Both the position numbers and the translations under genes were made by a program. From a bacterium (lineage in GTDB: Bacteria > Patescibacteriota > Saccharimonadia > Saccharimonadales > SZUA-47), in assembly GCA_030428125.1 (NCBI GenBank), contig JAUIBF010000001.1:162793-226792 (forward strand): DNA of 64,000 bases, given 5' to 3'. The notes beneath the pieces were generated by a model. It searched no databases, was not told the origin of the DNA, and was given only the letters and a program-made list of their open reading frames with translations. Shown one piece after another: positions 1 through 9,701 of the stretch (position 1 is its first letter; every line of letters starts with the position of its first letter).

Positions 1-860
1 ACGTTGTTTTCAGACTTGAATATAACGAAGACGGTTCGATTGCAAACGTCATCGAAGTAGAAGTTCCTCCAAAAACTGAAATTCCAGTTTTGGGTATTCG
101 GAATAACGTGTCTGATAATGTTGAAGGTGGAGTTGTTATCTCTGATGATGACAGGAACGGAATGTTCGTAGTAAAACGAGAGGGCTCGTTTGTTATCGAT
201 GAGATAAATCAGGAAGCAGATGCTTCTGTGGCCGAAGGCGAAGAATTAGAAGTAGCTGACGACACAACTGAAACTCCTGACGAAACCACAGAAGATCCAG
301 AAGACACAACTGAAACTCCTGACGAAACCACAGAAGATCCAGAAGACACAACTGAAACTCCTGACGAAACCACAGAAGATCCAGAAGACACAACTGAAAC
401 TCCTGACGAAACCACAGAAGATCCAGAAGACACAACTGAAACTCCTGACGAAACCACAGAAGATCCAGAAGATGGTGGTGGCAGCGACGATGATACTGAT
501 CCAAATGACGGCAACGAAGATGAAGAAGCTTGTGGCGAGTCTGATGGTGAGTGTGAGGCTCCTAACCCAGGTGATGGTCCAGAAACTCCGGGAACAACTC
601 CAGGAAACGGAACAAACCCAACACCAACAACCGGTGCCCCAACCACAACAGGTGCTCCAACTACAACAGGTGCTCCAACTACAACTAGACCTTCTACAAC
701 TACAACTTCTACTACGACTACAACAGTACCTCCGACTACTACAACTTCAACCACAACAACTACTACAACAGTTAAACCAACAACTACAACTTCAACTACT
801 ACAACACCTCCGACTACTAAACCTCCAATCAACTGTGATCCAGAAATAGATGTGTGCTAA
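1..860 (+). CDS. Acidic Thr-rich repeat (mucin-like) surface protein, 5'-truncated at the window edge. The frame is open from nt 3 to stop 858-860.
   Basis: The frame of ORF 90..860 stays open back to the window start. It has ETTEDPEDTTETPD repeats, then a GAPTTT/TTTST low-complexity tract and a Cys-containing C-terminus. Confidence 0.6.
   Translation, partial: VVFRLEYNEDGSIANVIEVEVPPKTEIPVLGIRNNVSDNVEGGVVISDDDRNGMFVVKREGSFVIDEINQEADASVAEGEELEVADDTTETPDETTEDPEDTTETPDETTEDPEDTTETPDETTEDPEDTTETPDETTEDPEDTTETPDETTEDPEDGGGSDDDTDPNDGNEDEEACGESDGECEAPNPGDGPETPGTTPGNGTNPTPTTGAPTTTGAPTTTGAPTTTRPSTTTTSTTTTTVPPTTTTSTTTTTTTVKPTTTTSTTTTPPTTKPPINCDPEIDVC
261..470 (+). repeat. Five perfect tandem copies of a 42-bp unit (gacacaactgaaactcctgacgaaaccacagaagatccagaa) inside the CDS.
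   Basis: Read directly from the sequence. Copies start at 261, 303, 345, 387 and 429 and are identical. Confidence 0.95.
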
Positions 861-870
861 ATAAGGAAGT

Positions 871-2349
871 ATGAAAGGAAATATCATGAACTACCTACAA
901 AGAATTCTAAAAGACACTTTTAACAGAACTTTGATTGTAATCCTCGGTCTAGCGATGCTTGCTGGGTTAGGTGCACTAATATCAAACTCTGTTAGCGCTC
1001 GAACAAAATATGATCCAAACGGAACAGCTACATCAGCTACTCCAGTATTCAATGAGTTTTACGATGTACCTAACGGGGTTGGTGACGAAGCTGACTTCGT
1101 AAGAGTCAAAAACCAAGCTGGTTCAAACGCAGACTACGTAAACGTACTAGACAGTGCTTGTAATGCAAACTCTGTTTATACAGTACGAACCTACGTTCAC
1201 AACGGTGCAGATCCAACGTTTAACGAAGGAACTGCGACTGCTATTGCACACAACACAACCCTAGAAATGAATGCTAAAACTTTCGGTCAAGTGCAAAAGA
1301 ACTTCGTGTTCGAGAGCACAATTGATGCGAGTAACGCAGCAAGCATGACCGATACTGCTGAACTAAAATGCGGCAAAGATGTAATACTTGAACTAGTTCC
1401 TTCATCTGTAGAAATCTATTCTAAGCCACTTGGCTGGAGCGGACTTCCTGATAGCTCAGTTAACGGTGGACCATTTCCGATTGGCAGCCGAACACTAGGC
1501 AGTGGTGACGTATACGCTTGCTGGGACGATCGAGTAATCGTTGTTTACGAAGTAGTCGTAAAGGAAAAGCCAGCAGAACTACACCCAGCTGTTTGTGACA
1601 ACCTACTTTACACAATCCTTTCAAACAATCAGGTACGTGTTGACGAAGTTGAGTACACAGCTAACGACGCAACTGTTAATAGTGTGAGCATTAACTATGG
1701 TGACGGTACAGTTAGTAGCCAGATACCTAACACTCATACTTACGACAAAGAAGGTGAATATATTATTACTGCAACTCTCAAGACTACATTCAAGGGTCAA
1801 TCCAAGGATGTAACCAGTCCTGACTGTAAAGCGAAAGTCACTGTTAATAAAGAGAAACAACCAGAATATGCTTGTGAAATGTTTGTCCTAAAGATGAATG
1901 ATCGAACAGCAAACGTGAGCTTTAAAGTAGTTTCAAAGAATGGTGCAGTATTCAAGAACGCACAGATTAGCTACTACGCCGACAGCGAATTGAAGAATGA
2001 AGTTATAACTGACAAAGTTAATAACGTGGGTATAATAACCTCAAGCTTCACTTACGACGAAAATGCAAAGAACGTAGAAGTTGTAGCTAAATTACGATTC
2101 AATATCGGTGAAGGTAAAGACCAGTACACAAGAGAAGCTATTTGTAAGGGTAAAGCTGTACTAGGAACACACATCGAGAAGTGTCCACTACCTGGCAAAG
2201 AAGATCTAGATGCTGATGACCCAAACTGTAAAGAGGTACCTCCAGCAGTAATCCCTGACACAGGTGCAGGAAGTGTAGCAGGAATCCTGACAGCAGTAAC
2301 AGCTGCAGGTGCTATCGCTCATCGAAAACTTACATTGCGACGCCAGTAA
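871..2349 (+). CDS. Secreted/cell-surface protein with an N-terminal signal anchor, a PKD-like domain and a C-terminal LPXTG-like (IPDTG) sorting signal.
   Basis: N-terminal hydrophobic LIVILGLAMLAGLGALISNSVSA. PKD-like INYGDGTVSSQIPNTHTYDKEGEYIITATL. C-terminal IPDTGAGSVAGILTAVTAAGAIAHRKLTLRRQ, i.e. motif, hydrophobic stretch and basic tail. RBS aaggaag precedes it. Confidence 0.7.
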   Translation: MKGNIMNYLQRILKDTFNRTLIVILGLAMLAGLGALISNSVSARTKYDPNGTATSATPVFNEFYDVPNGVGDEADFVRVKNQAGSNADYVNVLDSACNANSVYTVRTYVHNGADPTFNEGTATAIAHNTTLEMNAKTFGQVQKNFVFESTIDASNAASMTDTAELKCGKDVILELVPSSVEIYSKPLGWSGLPDSSVNGGPFPIGSRTLGSGDVYACWDDRVIVVYEVVVKEKPAELHPAVCDNLLYTILSNNQVRVDEVEYTANDATVNSVSINYGDGTVSSQIPNTHTYDKEGEYIITATLKTTFKGQSKDVTSPDCKAKVTVNKEKQPEYACEMFVLKMNDRTANVSFKVVSKNGAVFKNAQISYYADSELKNEVITDKVNNVGIITSSFTYDENAKNVEVVAKLRFNIGEGKDQYTREAICKGKAVLGTHIEKCPLPGKEDLDADDPNCKEVPPAVIPDTGAGSVAGILTAVTAAGAIAHRKLTLRRQ

Positions 2350-2508
2350 AAAATAAAAAACTTGTGTTACAATAAAATCGGTTTCGCGAACAGCAAAACC
2401 ACTAGAGCAAACAAAGACTGACCGCTCTAAACACATACAAACAATCAGAAATAAAAACAAACCGTTCACCCAGTTTTTAGGGATGAAAATTAGGTCCGGG
2501 TTTGTTAA

Positions 2509-2591
2509 GCAAGCCCCCTTACCACCGAATAAGGTTAGCCGGATATGGCCAACATTATCTCAGAGGGCTAAGGGGGCTTTTATCTTTTTTA
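2509..2591 (+). terminator. Long hairpin (11-bp stem aagccccctta/taagggggctt with a ~48-nt loop) followed by a T-tract. Possible intrinsic terminator or structured RNA.
   Basis: The inverted repeat at 2510-2520 and 2568-2578 is followed by ttttatctttttt. Confidence 0.35.
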
Positions 2592-2609
2592 AGGTACAAT
2601 TAAAGCAAG

Positions 2610-3134
2610 ATGCTTAAGCCTTACGAGACCGAAAATATAATATTCATAGATACTGAATTCACCGACCTGGATCCTTACAAAGGAGAAATACTATCTGTGG
2701 GAATCGTAAAACTGTCAGGCGAGGAGTTGTACGTAGAGCTTGAGCAGACAACGGAGTCTAGTAAGTGGGTGAAGAAGAACATCATCAAGACTCTAGATGG
2801 GCCAAAACTTACCAGGGAACAAGCAAACAGACAGATTCGTGAGTTTTTGGGTGCGTCAATGCCCTATGCAGTAGGGTTTGTTGATAACTACGACGTAATT
2901 TATTTAACTAAAATTTTTGGTGCCGGTAAGTTACCCTTCAGGTGGACGACAATTGATTTCGCCTCAGTACTGTTCGCTATTGGCGTAAACCCGGTTAAGT
3001 TCCAACAAGATAATGAGGGAGCAAAAAGTTTTTATAAAAAACTAGGTATCGACACCAAAAAATATCGACACCATCACGCCCTAGATGACGCTAGGATTTT
3101 ACGTGAAGTCTGGCTAAAACTAGTAGAAAAATGA
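2610..3134 (+). CDS. DEDDh-family 3'-5' exonuclease (DnaQ/oligoribonuclease-like).
   Basis: Exo I motif FIDTEFTDL (D-x-E) and Exo III motif HHALDDARI (H-x4-D). Confidence 0.7.
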   Translation: MLKPYETENIIFIDTEFTDLDPYKGEILSVGIVKLSGEELYVELEQTTESSKWVKKNIIKTLDGPKLTREQANRQIREFLGASMPYAVGFVDNYDVIYLTKIFGAGKLPFRWTTIDFASVLFAIGVNPVKFQQDNEGAKSFYKKLGIDTKKYRHHHALDDARILREVWLKLVEK

Positions 3135-3174
3135 TATAATTGTTAACAGGTACTAATAAACAAGAGAGGGAAAA

Positions 3175-3723
3175 ATGAACAAAGATGCTTTAATGGCTGC
3201 AATAATTGCCCTAGTGCTAGGATTGGGTGGAGGTTATGGAATTGCTCAATTAATGACGGACGATGATTCAGATACGTCAGCCAGCGAGTCAACTGAAATG
3301 CCTCACGAACATTCGCATCCTATGTATGAGGTCGATGCAACAAATGCACCAACTGTCGAGTTGATGGTTGAGGAAGACGCGAAAAGTGGCTGGAACGTAC
3401 ACATCATGACAACCAACTTTACATTCACGCCAGAAAACGTCAATGGCGAAAATGTAGATGGCGAAGGTCACGCACATCTTTACGTAGATGGCGAAAAGAT
3501 CACTAGACTTTATGGAAACTATTTTTACTATGATGGAGAGTTTGAAGGAACCGAGACGTTTCGTGTAACCCTGAATACAAACGACCATAGTGATTATGCA
3601 GTTGACGGTGAAGTAATTGCGGCTGAAGTAGAAGTTACTCATGACCACGAAACGATGCCACACGCAGAAGAATCGTCACAAGATTCACATGATGACACGG
3701 GTGAAAATTCTCACTCACACTAA
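3175..3723 (+). CDS. Membrane-anchored His/Asp/Glu-rich protein, possibly metal-binding.
   Basis: N-terminal TM AAIIALVLGLGGGYGI. His-rich segments HEHSHP, GHAHLYVDG, THDHETMPH and C-terminal SHSH. RBS gagaggg precedes the ATG. Confidence 0.5.
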   Translation: MNKDALMAAIIALVLGLGGGYGIAQLMTDDDSDTSASESTEMPHEHSHPMYEVDATNAPTVELMVEEDAKSGWNVHIMTTNFTFTPENVNGENVDGEGHAHLYVDGEKITRLYGNYFYYDGEFEGTETFRVTLNTNDHSDYAVDGEVIAAEVEVTHDHETMPHAEESSQDSHDDTGENSHSH

Positions 3724-3747
3724 ATCTGTTACACTCTAAAACTAAAA

Positions 3748-3775
3748 ACACCACTGAGAAGTGGTGATTTTTAGT
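3748..3775 (+). terminator. Rho-independent terminator.
   Basis: caccact-gaga-agtggtg hairpin followed by attttta. Confidence 0.7.
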
Positions 3776-3961
3776 TGGTGATCGGGAAGGGGGATTTATT
3801 CTTATTAATGTTTGCTCGCTCAAGAGCTAAAGCATTTCGCTCGGCCAAGCAAGGAAAACTCAGAATGCCACAGGCATTCTTCGCCCTCACGGGGTTCGAT
3901 TCAAATGAATATTTTCACGAAAAAAGACCAGCTGATGCTGATCTTGTTTCGTGGTGATCTC

Positions 3962-4036
3962 AAGGGGAATCGAACCCCTATTGCCAGGATGAAAACCTGG
4001 TGTCCTAACCGTTAGACGATGAGACCTTTATTTATA
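3962..4036 (-). tRNA. tRNA-Glu (anticodon TTC), CCA encoded.
   Basis: The reverse complement folds as GGTCTCA/TGAGATC acceptor, GTCT/GGAC D-stem, anticodon loop TTTTCAT, and T-arm AGGGG-TTCGATT-CCCCT, then ACCA. Confidence 0.9.
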
Positions 4037-4064
4037 GTTCGAAACATATTTTAACAGAGGTGAG

Positions 4065-4583
4065 CTATTTTTTCAATATGTAATGTTTTAGCAGAGTTCC
4101 CTTGTTATTTAGTTGTTTTTCTTCGGATAAAGTAAACCCCTTATCTTCAAAATAGTGGCCATGGGTACTTAGTTGCACCCCACTGCCATTGCGAACCGGT
4201 TCTATTGTAATGTACGCCTCGTCTATTAATTTTTGTTCTAGCAGCTGATGAAATACGCTTGCACCACCCAGAACTAGTATCTCTGAAGTTTTGCCCTCAA
4301 AACTGCTTAGGATATCTCTGAAAGATTTGTCTGTGAAAGTAACCCCTGCAGCCTTAGGCTGCTCTGATACATTATGCGACATAACGATTTTATGAGCATT
4401 AGCTGGCAAGGCGTTTTTAGCAACCTGATACGTTTTGCTACCCATTAGATACACATCGTATCTATGCAGCATGTTATGATAGTGATTCTTGTCTTCTTCC
4501 GACGTCCAGCTACTTGGGTTTGGGTTAGTGCCTTTTGTCAGGTAGCCATCCACGCTAATAGCAGCTACAGCAATGGTTCTCAT
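4065..4583 (-). CDS. Dihydrofolate reductase family protein (RibD C-terminal-like reductase).
   Basis: N-terminal MRTIAVAAISVDGYL and the LMGSKTY..KIVMS / VLGGASVFHQLL layout match the DHFR fold pattern. Confidence 0.6.
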   Translation of the reverse strand: MRTIAVAAISVDGYLTKGTNPNPSSWTSEEDKNHYHNMLHRYDVYLMGSKTYQVAKNALPANAHKIVMSHNVSEQPKAAGVTFTDKSFRDILSSFEGKTSEILVLGGASVFHQLLEQKLIDEAYITIEPVRNGSGVQLSTHGHYFEDKGFTLSEEKQLNNKGTLLKHYILKK

Positions 4584-5197
4584 TTTGTAGCGAGCTGGTG
4601 TAGCTTATTAATTATTTCGTCTGTCACATTCTGTCGAGATTTTGTTGCATCGACTGTTACCACTAAGTCTTTCTGTCTATAAAAATCGATCACCGGAATC
4701 GTATGTTCTTTATAGTAGTTTAGCCTGCGTAGGAGTGATTCTTCAGTATCGTCGTGTCTCATGCCTCGGTCATCATTCTCTTTAGCGGCTTCGAATCTAT
4801 GCCGGATTTCTTCTAGAGGAAAGTCTAGGACAATAACGGCCTTAGTCGGGTGATTGCTCTCTTCAGTGGCCTCAAAAACAACTTTTTCTTCACCTTTCAT
4901 CCGACCAATAGAACTTAGAAATAGCGGTCTGTCTTTGAGTTTTTCTTCGTAAAAATAGGGCACAACAATATCTCTGAAGTCATCTGTTGGCGCTAGATGT
5001 CCATCGTCAATTTCATTTTTTAGATTTTCGTTTTTATCTCTGTGAGAACGCAGGATTTCTCCACTACTTAGTTTATATCCATCAAAAATTTCTGAAAGGA
5101 TTAAACTCTGCGTGTCTTTCCCGGAGAATTGTGGACCGAATATATTTACGCTTCCACTACCAAGCCAAGATTTTACAATAGCAATTTTCTCTTCCAT
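4580..5197 (-). CDS. Adenylate kinase-like nucleoside monophosphate kinase (P-loop).
   Basis: P-loop GPQFSGKDTQ, LID/NMP-like segments, and RLNYYKEHTIPVIDFY resembling the AK C-terminal region. It overlaps the downstream gene by 4 nt (operon). Confidence 0.55.
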   Translation of the reverse strand: MEEKIAIVKSWLGSGSVNIFGPQFSGKDTQSLILSEIFDGYKLSSGEILRSHRDKNENLKNEIDDGHLAPTDDFRDIVVPYFYEEKLKDRPLFLSSIGRMKGEEKVVFEATEESNHPTKAVIVLDFPLEEIRHRFEAAKENDDRGMRHDDTEESLLRRLNYYKEHTIPVIDFYRQKDLVVTVDATKSRQNVTDEIINKLHQLATK

Positions 5198-5415
5198 TAC
5201 AGAATTATAACAAAATCAACGAATTACTTCTGCAAAAGTATGGTTTCAATTAGTGTAGTTTTTCTCTGTAATGAGAATATGTGTAATTCATGTACATTGC
5301 TAACATAGGATGGTCAACTTCACTAATTGTAGTTATCATGATAAGATTCGCTTCTTGAGTTTAGCAGAAACTTTTCTTTGCTACGGATAAACATAAGCGA
5401 TATAATGTAGGTAAG

Positions 5416-6849
5416 ATGAAAACTACTCAAAAGGCACCTAATGTGCCGGTTACAGATTTTAAGCGTACTAAAATATTAGCAACTATCGGACCTGGTACTT
5501 CGAACTACGACATGGTTTATAAAATGATAGAGGCCGGCGCCAACGGTATTCGGCTTAATTGTAGTCATGGAGTTAACGAAGAACGTGTTGAGCAGATTGA
5601 ATGGGTTAGAAAAGCTTCAAACGAACAGGGAAAACCAGTTGCAATTCTACAAGATTTACAGGGTCCAAAGATTCGTCTGGGTGATTTCGAAGGAGTTATT
5701 CCCGTTCAGGCTGGGCAAAGTCTGCAACTTAAATATAAAGCAGACTATGAACGAAGTGGTCAGATTCCAATCCAGTATGATTTAAGTAAGAAGGTAAAGC
5801 GTGGTGAGCGATTATATATTTTTGACGGTAAGGTTAAAACGATAATAACTAGCGTCAAAGACGGCATCGTACACGTAAACGTAGAAAACGATGGTGTGCT
5901 ACTAAAACGAAAAGGCATAAATTTACCTGATACTGACTTTGCGGGTGATGTAATTACTAAAAAAGATGTAGAAGACGCTACGTGGGGTTCAGGTCAAGAT
6001 ATTGATTATGTAGCACAAAGTTTCGTGCAAACAGCAGACGATATCAAACAGTTGCATAAAATTTTAAAGAACCTAGGTTCAAATGCGAAAATTGTTGCCA
6101 AGATCGAGACTGTAGCAGCTCTAGAAAACATAGAATCGATAATAGATGTATCAGATGCAATTATGATAGCCAGAGGTGATTTGGCTGTTGAGACTGCGCC
6201 AGAAGTTGTGCCTGTAGAGCAAAGACGAATAGTCGGACTATGTCGTAAGTACAGCAAGCCAGTAATAGTTGCAACTCAGATGCTAGCAACGATGACTGAG
6301 TCAAGTGAGCCAACCAGGGCTGAAGTCTCAGATGTTGCAACTGCTGCAATTATCGGCACAGACTGTGTGATGCTTAGTGAAGAAACAGCGGTGGGTAAAT
6401 ATCCTGTCGAGGCCATTAAGATTATGAAACGAGTGGTTACTTACACAGAAAAGTATAGTCCAGTAGACGCTGTTTTTAGAATTGTTGACGAAGAAAATAC
6501 GCGACAATCCGCGATTGTAAGCGCAGCCGTTACTCTAACAGAAGAAGTTGATGCTACTGCAATTGTTGCAGAAACCAAGTCAGGTGCTACAGCAGTTCAG
6601 ATTTCAGCGCGTCGCCCAGATCATCCTATCATCGCAGTAACATCACTAGAACGGGTTTCGAATCAGCTAGCACTTGTTTATGGTGTAAAAAGTTTTGTAA
6701 GGCCAGATAGCAAATCAGCGGCTACCAAACTTACTAACTGGCTTGAGAAGAGCAAAACCTTAAAAAAGGGTGACGTCATCGTAACTGCATCAGGTCAGTA
6801 CCCAGGGGTTGTTGGTACTACAGACACTATTAAGGTCAGAGTATTGTAA
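5416..6849 (+). CDS. pyk: Pyruvate kinase.
   Basis: TKILATIGPGTSNYDMVYKMIEAGANGIRLNCSHG matches the classic PK N-terminus, with MLSEETAVGKYP near the C-terminus. Confidence 0.9.
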   Translation: MKTTQKAPNVPVTDFKRTKILATIGPGTSNYDMVYKMIEAGANGIRLNCSHGVNEERVEQIEWVRKASNEQGKPVAILQDLQGPKIRLGDFEGVIPVQAGQSLQLKYKADYERSGQIPIQYDLSKKVKRGERLYIFDGKVKTIITSVKDGIVHVNVENDGVLLKRKGINLPDTDFAGDVITKKDVEDATWGSGQDIDYVAQSFVQTADDIKQLHKILKNLGSNAKIVAKIETVAALENIESIIDVSDAIMIARGDLAVETAPEVVPVEQRRIVGLCRKYSKPVIVATQMLATMTESSEPTRAEVSDVATAAIIGTDCVMLSEETAVGKYPVEAIKIMKRVVTYTEKYSPVDAVFRIVDEENTRQSAIVSAAVTLTEEVDATAIVAETKSGATAVQISARRPDHPIIAVTSLERVSNQLALVYGVKSFVRPDSKSAATKLTNWLEKSKTLKKGDVIVTASGQYPGVVGTTDTIKVRVL

Positions 6850-6895
6850 CAAGTCGGTTACTCCTGTAAAATTTAGCTATAAAAGGTGGGATAAC

Positions 6896-8185
6896 TTGTT
6901 TACAAAAAAAACACTCAGAGATATAGATTTAGTCGAAAAATACGTGCTTCTACGTGCTGACTATAATGTTCCCATCAAAGACGGGGTTATTAAGGGCGAC
7001 TATAGAATTACTCAGAGCATACCTACAATAAAAGCTCTGCAGAAACAGGGTTGTAAAATAGTAATTTGTTCACACTTGGGGCGCCCAAAAGGGCAAGACG
7101 ACAAACAATTTTCGTTAAAGCCCGTAGCCAAAGAACTGAGCAAACTACTGGATCAGCCAGTATATTTTGCATCTGACTGCGTAGGTGAAGAAGTTAAAGA
7201 GGCAGCTTCTAAGCTAAAGCCTAAGGAGATTCTGCTTCTAGAGAACTTACGTTTCCATGAAGAAGAAAAGAAGAATGATGAGCAGTTTGCTCAGGAAATA
7301 ATTGATTCAACAAATGCGGAGGTTTTAGTTCAAGACGGATTTGGTGTTGTACACCGTGCACATGCGAGTACCGACGCAATAGCACGGAAGATTCCTGCAG
7401 TTGCCGGTCTTCTTCTAGAAAGTGAAGTAGATAACATTACAAACGTCATGCATAATCCCAAAAGGCCACTCATGGCAATTATTGGTGGTGCTAAAATAGC
7501 TGACAAAATAGATATCATTAACGCGTTTATAGAAAAAGCTGACATTGTTGCAATTGGTGGGGCAATGGCAAACACATTTCTCAAAGCACAAGATGTTGAG
7601 GTTGGCCAAAGTCTAGTGGACGAAACGGAACTTGATACAGCGCATGACATCATGGATAAAGCTCGTGCAGAAGCAAAAAAACGCAAGTTCATTTTTTATT
7701 TACCTCAAGACGGAGTCGTATCCAAAAAAGTTGAAAGTAAAACAACAACCAGAATAGTGGACTGGGATGCACAAGTCATAGCAGACATAGAAAACTATCC
7801 GGCTAACCCTAAGCTAAGTGCTAGCAAGGTGGCGAGAGATGAGAAGATTTTAGACATAGGTCCATTCTCCGGTGCTTTTATAAGTGGTGCAATGCAGTTA
7901 TCGGAAACCGTAGTTTGGAACGGAACTATGGGAGTTTCAGAAATTACAGCCGTGCATGGACCAATCGGACCTTTTGCACATGGTACGGAACTGATAATTG
8001 AAGGTCTAGTAGGAAAATTTGGCAGCAAACCTTTTAGTTTACTAGGAGGTGGTGATACCACAGCGTATATTGAGCACAGAGGTTTAACGGACATGTTTAG
8101 CCATGTGTCTACTGGTGGAGGAGCAAGTTTGGAGTTAATGAGTGGCAATACTTTGCCCGGAGTGGATGTACTGTGGGACAAGTAA
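6896..8185 (+). CDS. pgk: Phosphoglycerate kinase (TTG start inferred; the ORF track starts upstream at 6809).
   Basis: LLRADYNVPIKDG and CSHLGRPKG motifs. RBS AAAGGTGGG lies 6 nt before TTG 6896. Confidence 0.9.
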   Translation: MFTKKTLRDIDLVEKYVLLRADYNVPIKDGVIKGDYRITQSIPTIKALQKQGCKIVICSHLGRPKGQDDKQFSLKPVAKELSKLLDQPVYFASDCVGEEVKEAASKLKPKEILLLENLRFHEEEKKNDEQFAQEIIDSTNAEVLVQDGFGVVHRAHASTDAIARKIPAVAGLLLESEVDNITNVMHNPKRPLMAIIGGAKIADKIDIINAFIEKADIVAIGGAMANTFLKAQDVEVGQSLVDETELDTAHDIMDKARAEAKKRKFIFYLPQDGVVSKKVESKTTTRIVDWDAQVIADIENYPANPKLSASKVARDEKILDIGPFSGAFISGAMQLSETVVWNGTMGVSEITAVHGPIGPFAHGTELIIEGLVGKFGSKPFSLLGGGDTTAYIEHRGLTDMFSHVSTGGGASLELMSGNTLPGVDVLWDK

Positions 8186-8215
8186 ACAGATTGAAAGCAT
8201 GATAATATAAAGCAT

Positions 8216-9001
8216 ATGCGTAATAATAGAAAGATAATGATAGCAGGTAATTGGAAGGAACATATGGATGTTTCTACTGCCTCCCATTTTTTACACAGAC
8301 TTCAAGAATCTGTTGCTAATAGACAAAGTATTGAAGTAGTACTGTTCCCAAATGTTCTAGTGTTGCAACCTCTAAGCGTACAGCTCGATAGGAGGAAATT
8401 TAGACTAGGTGCTCAGGACGGTTTCTATAAAGACGCGGGAGCATATACAGGTGAAGTTTCCATGGCTATGTTGAATGATCTAGTTCACTATGTTTTAGTA
8501 GGACATTCTGAAAGGCGTCATGTATTTAACGAAAACGATGATGTAGCCTCGAAGAAAGTTCAATCAGCAGTTCGTAACGGGATTATCCCGGTTTTATGTA
8601 TTGGTGAAACACTTCAAGAAAGATTATCGGGAGAAACCAAGCAAATATTACACAATCAACTTACTGCAGGCCTTATGCATTTAACTGCTAGGGAAGCTGC
8701 GGCAATGGTGATTGCATACGAGCCTGTCTGGGCTATCGGCACGGGAGAGTTTGCGAAACCAGATCAAGTAGAAGAGGCCATAAAGTATATCAGAAACCAA
8801 GTGTCTCAATTATTTGGAGAGAGGACTGCACGACACATAAGAATTCTTTACGGTGGAAGTGTTGATGACCACAATGCAAGTGCTTTCATCGAGCTTGAGG
8901 ATTGCGACGGAGCTCTTGTTGGTGGTGCGAGCCTAAATCATGAGAAATTCGCGAAAATTGTTGATGTTGCATTTAAGGTTCAACAAAAAAGAATGGACTG
9001 A
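8216..9001 (+). CDS. tpiA: Triosephosphate isomerase.
   Basis: IAGNWK, VGHSERR and AYEPVWAIGTG motifs. The stop is TGA. Confidence 0.9.
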   Translation: MRNNRKIMIAGNWKEHMDVSTASHFLHRLQESVANRQSIEVVLFPNVLVLQPLSVQLDRRKFRLGAQDGFYKDAGAYTGEVSMAMLNDLVHYVLVGHSERRHVFNENDDVASKKVQSAVRNGIIPVLCIGETLQERLSGETKQILHNQLTAGLMHLTAREAAAMVIAYEPVWAIGTGEFAKPDQVEEAIKYIRNQVSQLFGERTARHIRILYGGSVDDHNASAFIELEDCDGALVGGASLNHEKFAKIVDVAFKVQQKRMD

Positions 9002-9003
9002 GA

Positions 9004-9663
9004 ATGCCTGCTAAAAAGGAAGATGAAAAAAAAGTAATGGATGTTTCCAGTCCTGGCGAATCCAAGCCAGACACTGGTTCTAAGCCGATGGTTGTGGGAC
9101 ATAAGTTCCTATCGTCAGACCCAGATGTTAAGACTAAGGACGCTGAAGAGACTAAGGAAGACGACAGTAACAAATCTGAAGAAAAAGAAACTATCACTCC
9201 AAAAAAGAAAATTGTGTTGAAGCCGTTGTCCGATAATATTAAAACCGACGAAGAAGAACCCGACGAAACTAAAATGCCTGAAGAAAAAGATGATAAACAG
9301 GATAGCCCTAACGAATCAGAAGTAAGCTCCAAAGAAGACGAGCCTAAACAAGAAGAGAAAAAAGAAGAACCTAAAGAAGTTTCTGAAGCAGAAAAGTCAG
9401 ATGATCAGCAAAGTGATAATGATGCATCAGAAGAAACTCAAAAAGATGAAGACAAAGCCAATCTAGAGAAAGAGAACAGGCTACAAGATATTATTAAGAG
9501 CAAAGAATATTATGTACCCATAAAACACCAGGGCGCATCTGCAGTTAAGACTTTTCTCGTGACCTTTATTCTGGTTTGTGTAGTAGGTTTACTGGCGCTG
9601 GCTATTTTAATCGATGCAGAAGTATTAGATTTTGGCATAGATTTACCTTTTGACTTTTTATAA
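9004..9663 (+). CDS. Lys/Glu-rich acidic protein with a single C-terminal TM helix.
   Basis: Low-complexity KEDEKK/EEK tracts and C-terminal FLVTFILVCVVGLLALAILI. The start is coupled to the tpiA stop. Confidence 0.5.
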   Translation: MPAKKEDEKKVMDVSSPGESKPDTGSKPMVVGHKFLSSDPDVKTKDAEETKEDDSNKSEEKETITPKKKIVLKPLSDNIKTDEEEPDETKMPEEKDDKQDSPNESEVSSKEDEPKQEEKKEEPKEVSEAEKSDDQQSDNDASEETQKDEDKANLEKENRLQDIIKSKEYYVPIKHQGASAVKTFLVTFILVCVVGLLALAILIDAEVLDFGIDLPFDFL

Positions 9664-9701
9664 AAGACAACAATTTTTGGGGTTCAGTTTTGTTACAATA
9701 A

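Noticed and set aside
193-849. Three overlapping ORFs (193-504 minus, 209-832 minus, 472-849 plus) across the repeat gene.
   Set aside because: Alternative-frame read-through of the tandem and low-complexity repeats. Only the sense Thr/Glu-rich frame continues from the window edge.
3875-3905. ACGGGGTTCGATTC tRNA T-arm-like fragment on the plus strand near tRNA-Glu.
   Set aside because: No complementary T-stem 3' strand and no acceptor. It is at most a tRNA-derived scrap.
5395-5410. TATAAT hexamer 9 nt upstream of the pyk ATG as a promoter.
   Set aside because: The position is incompatible with the AGGTAAG RBS that follows it. Probably coincidental in AT-rich DNA.
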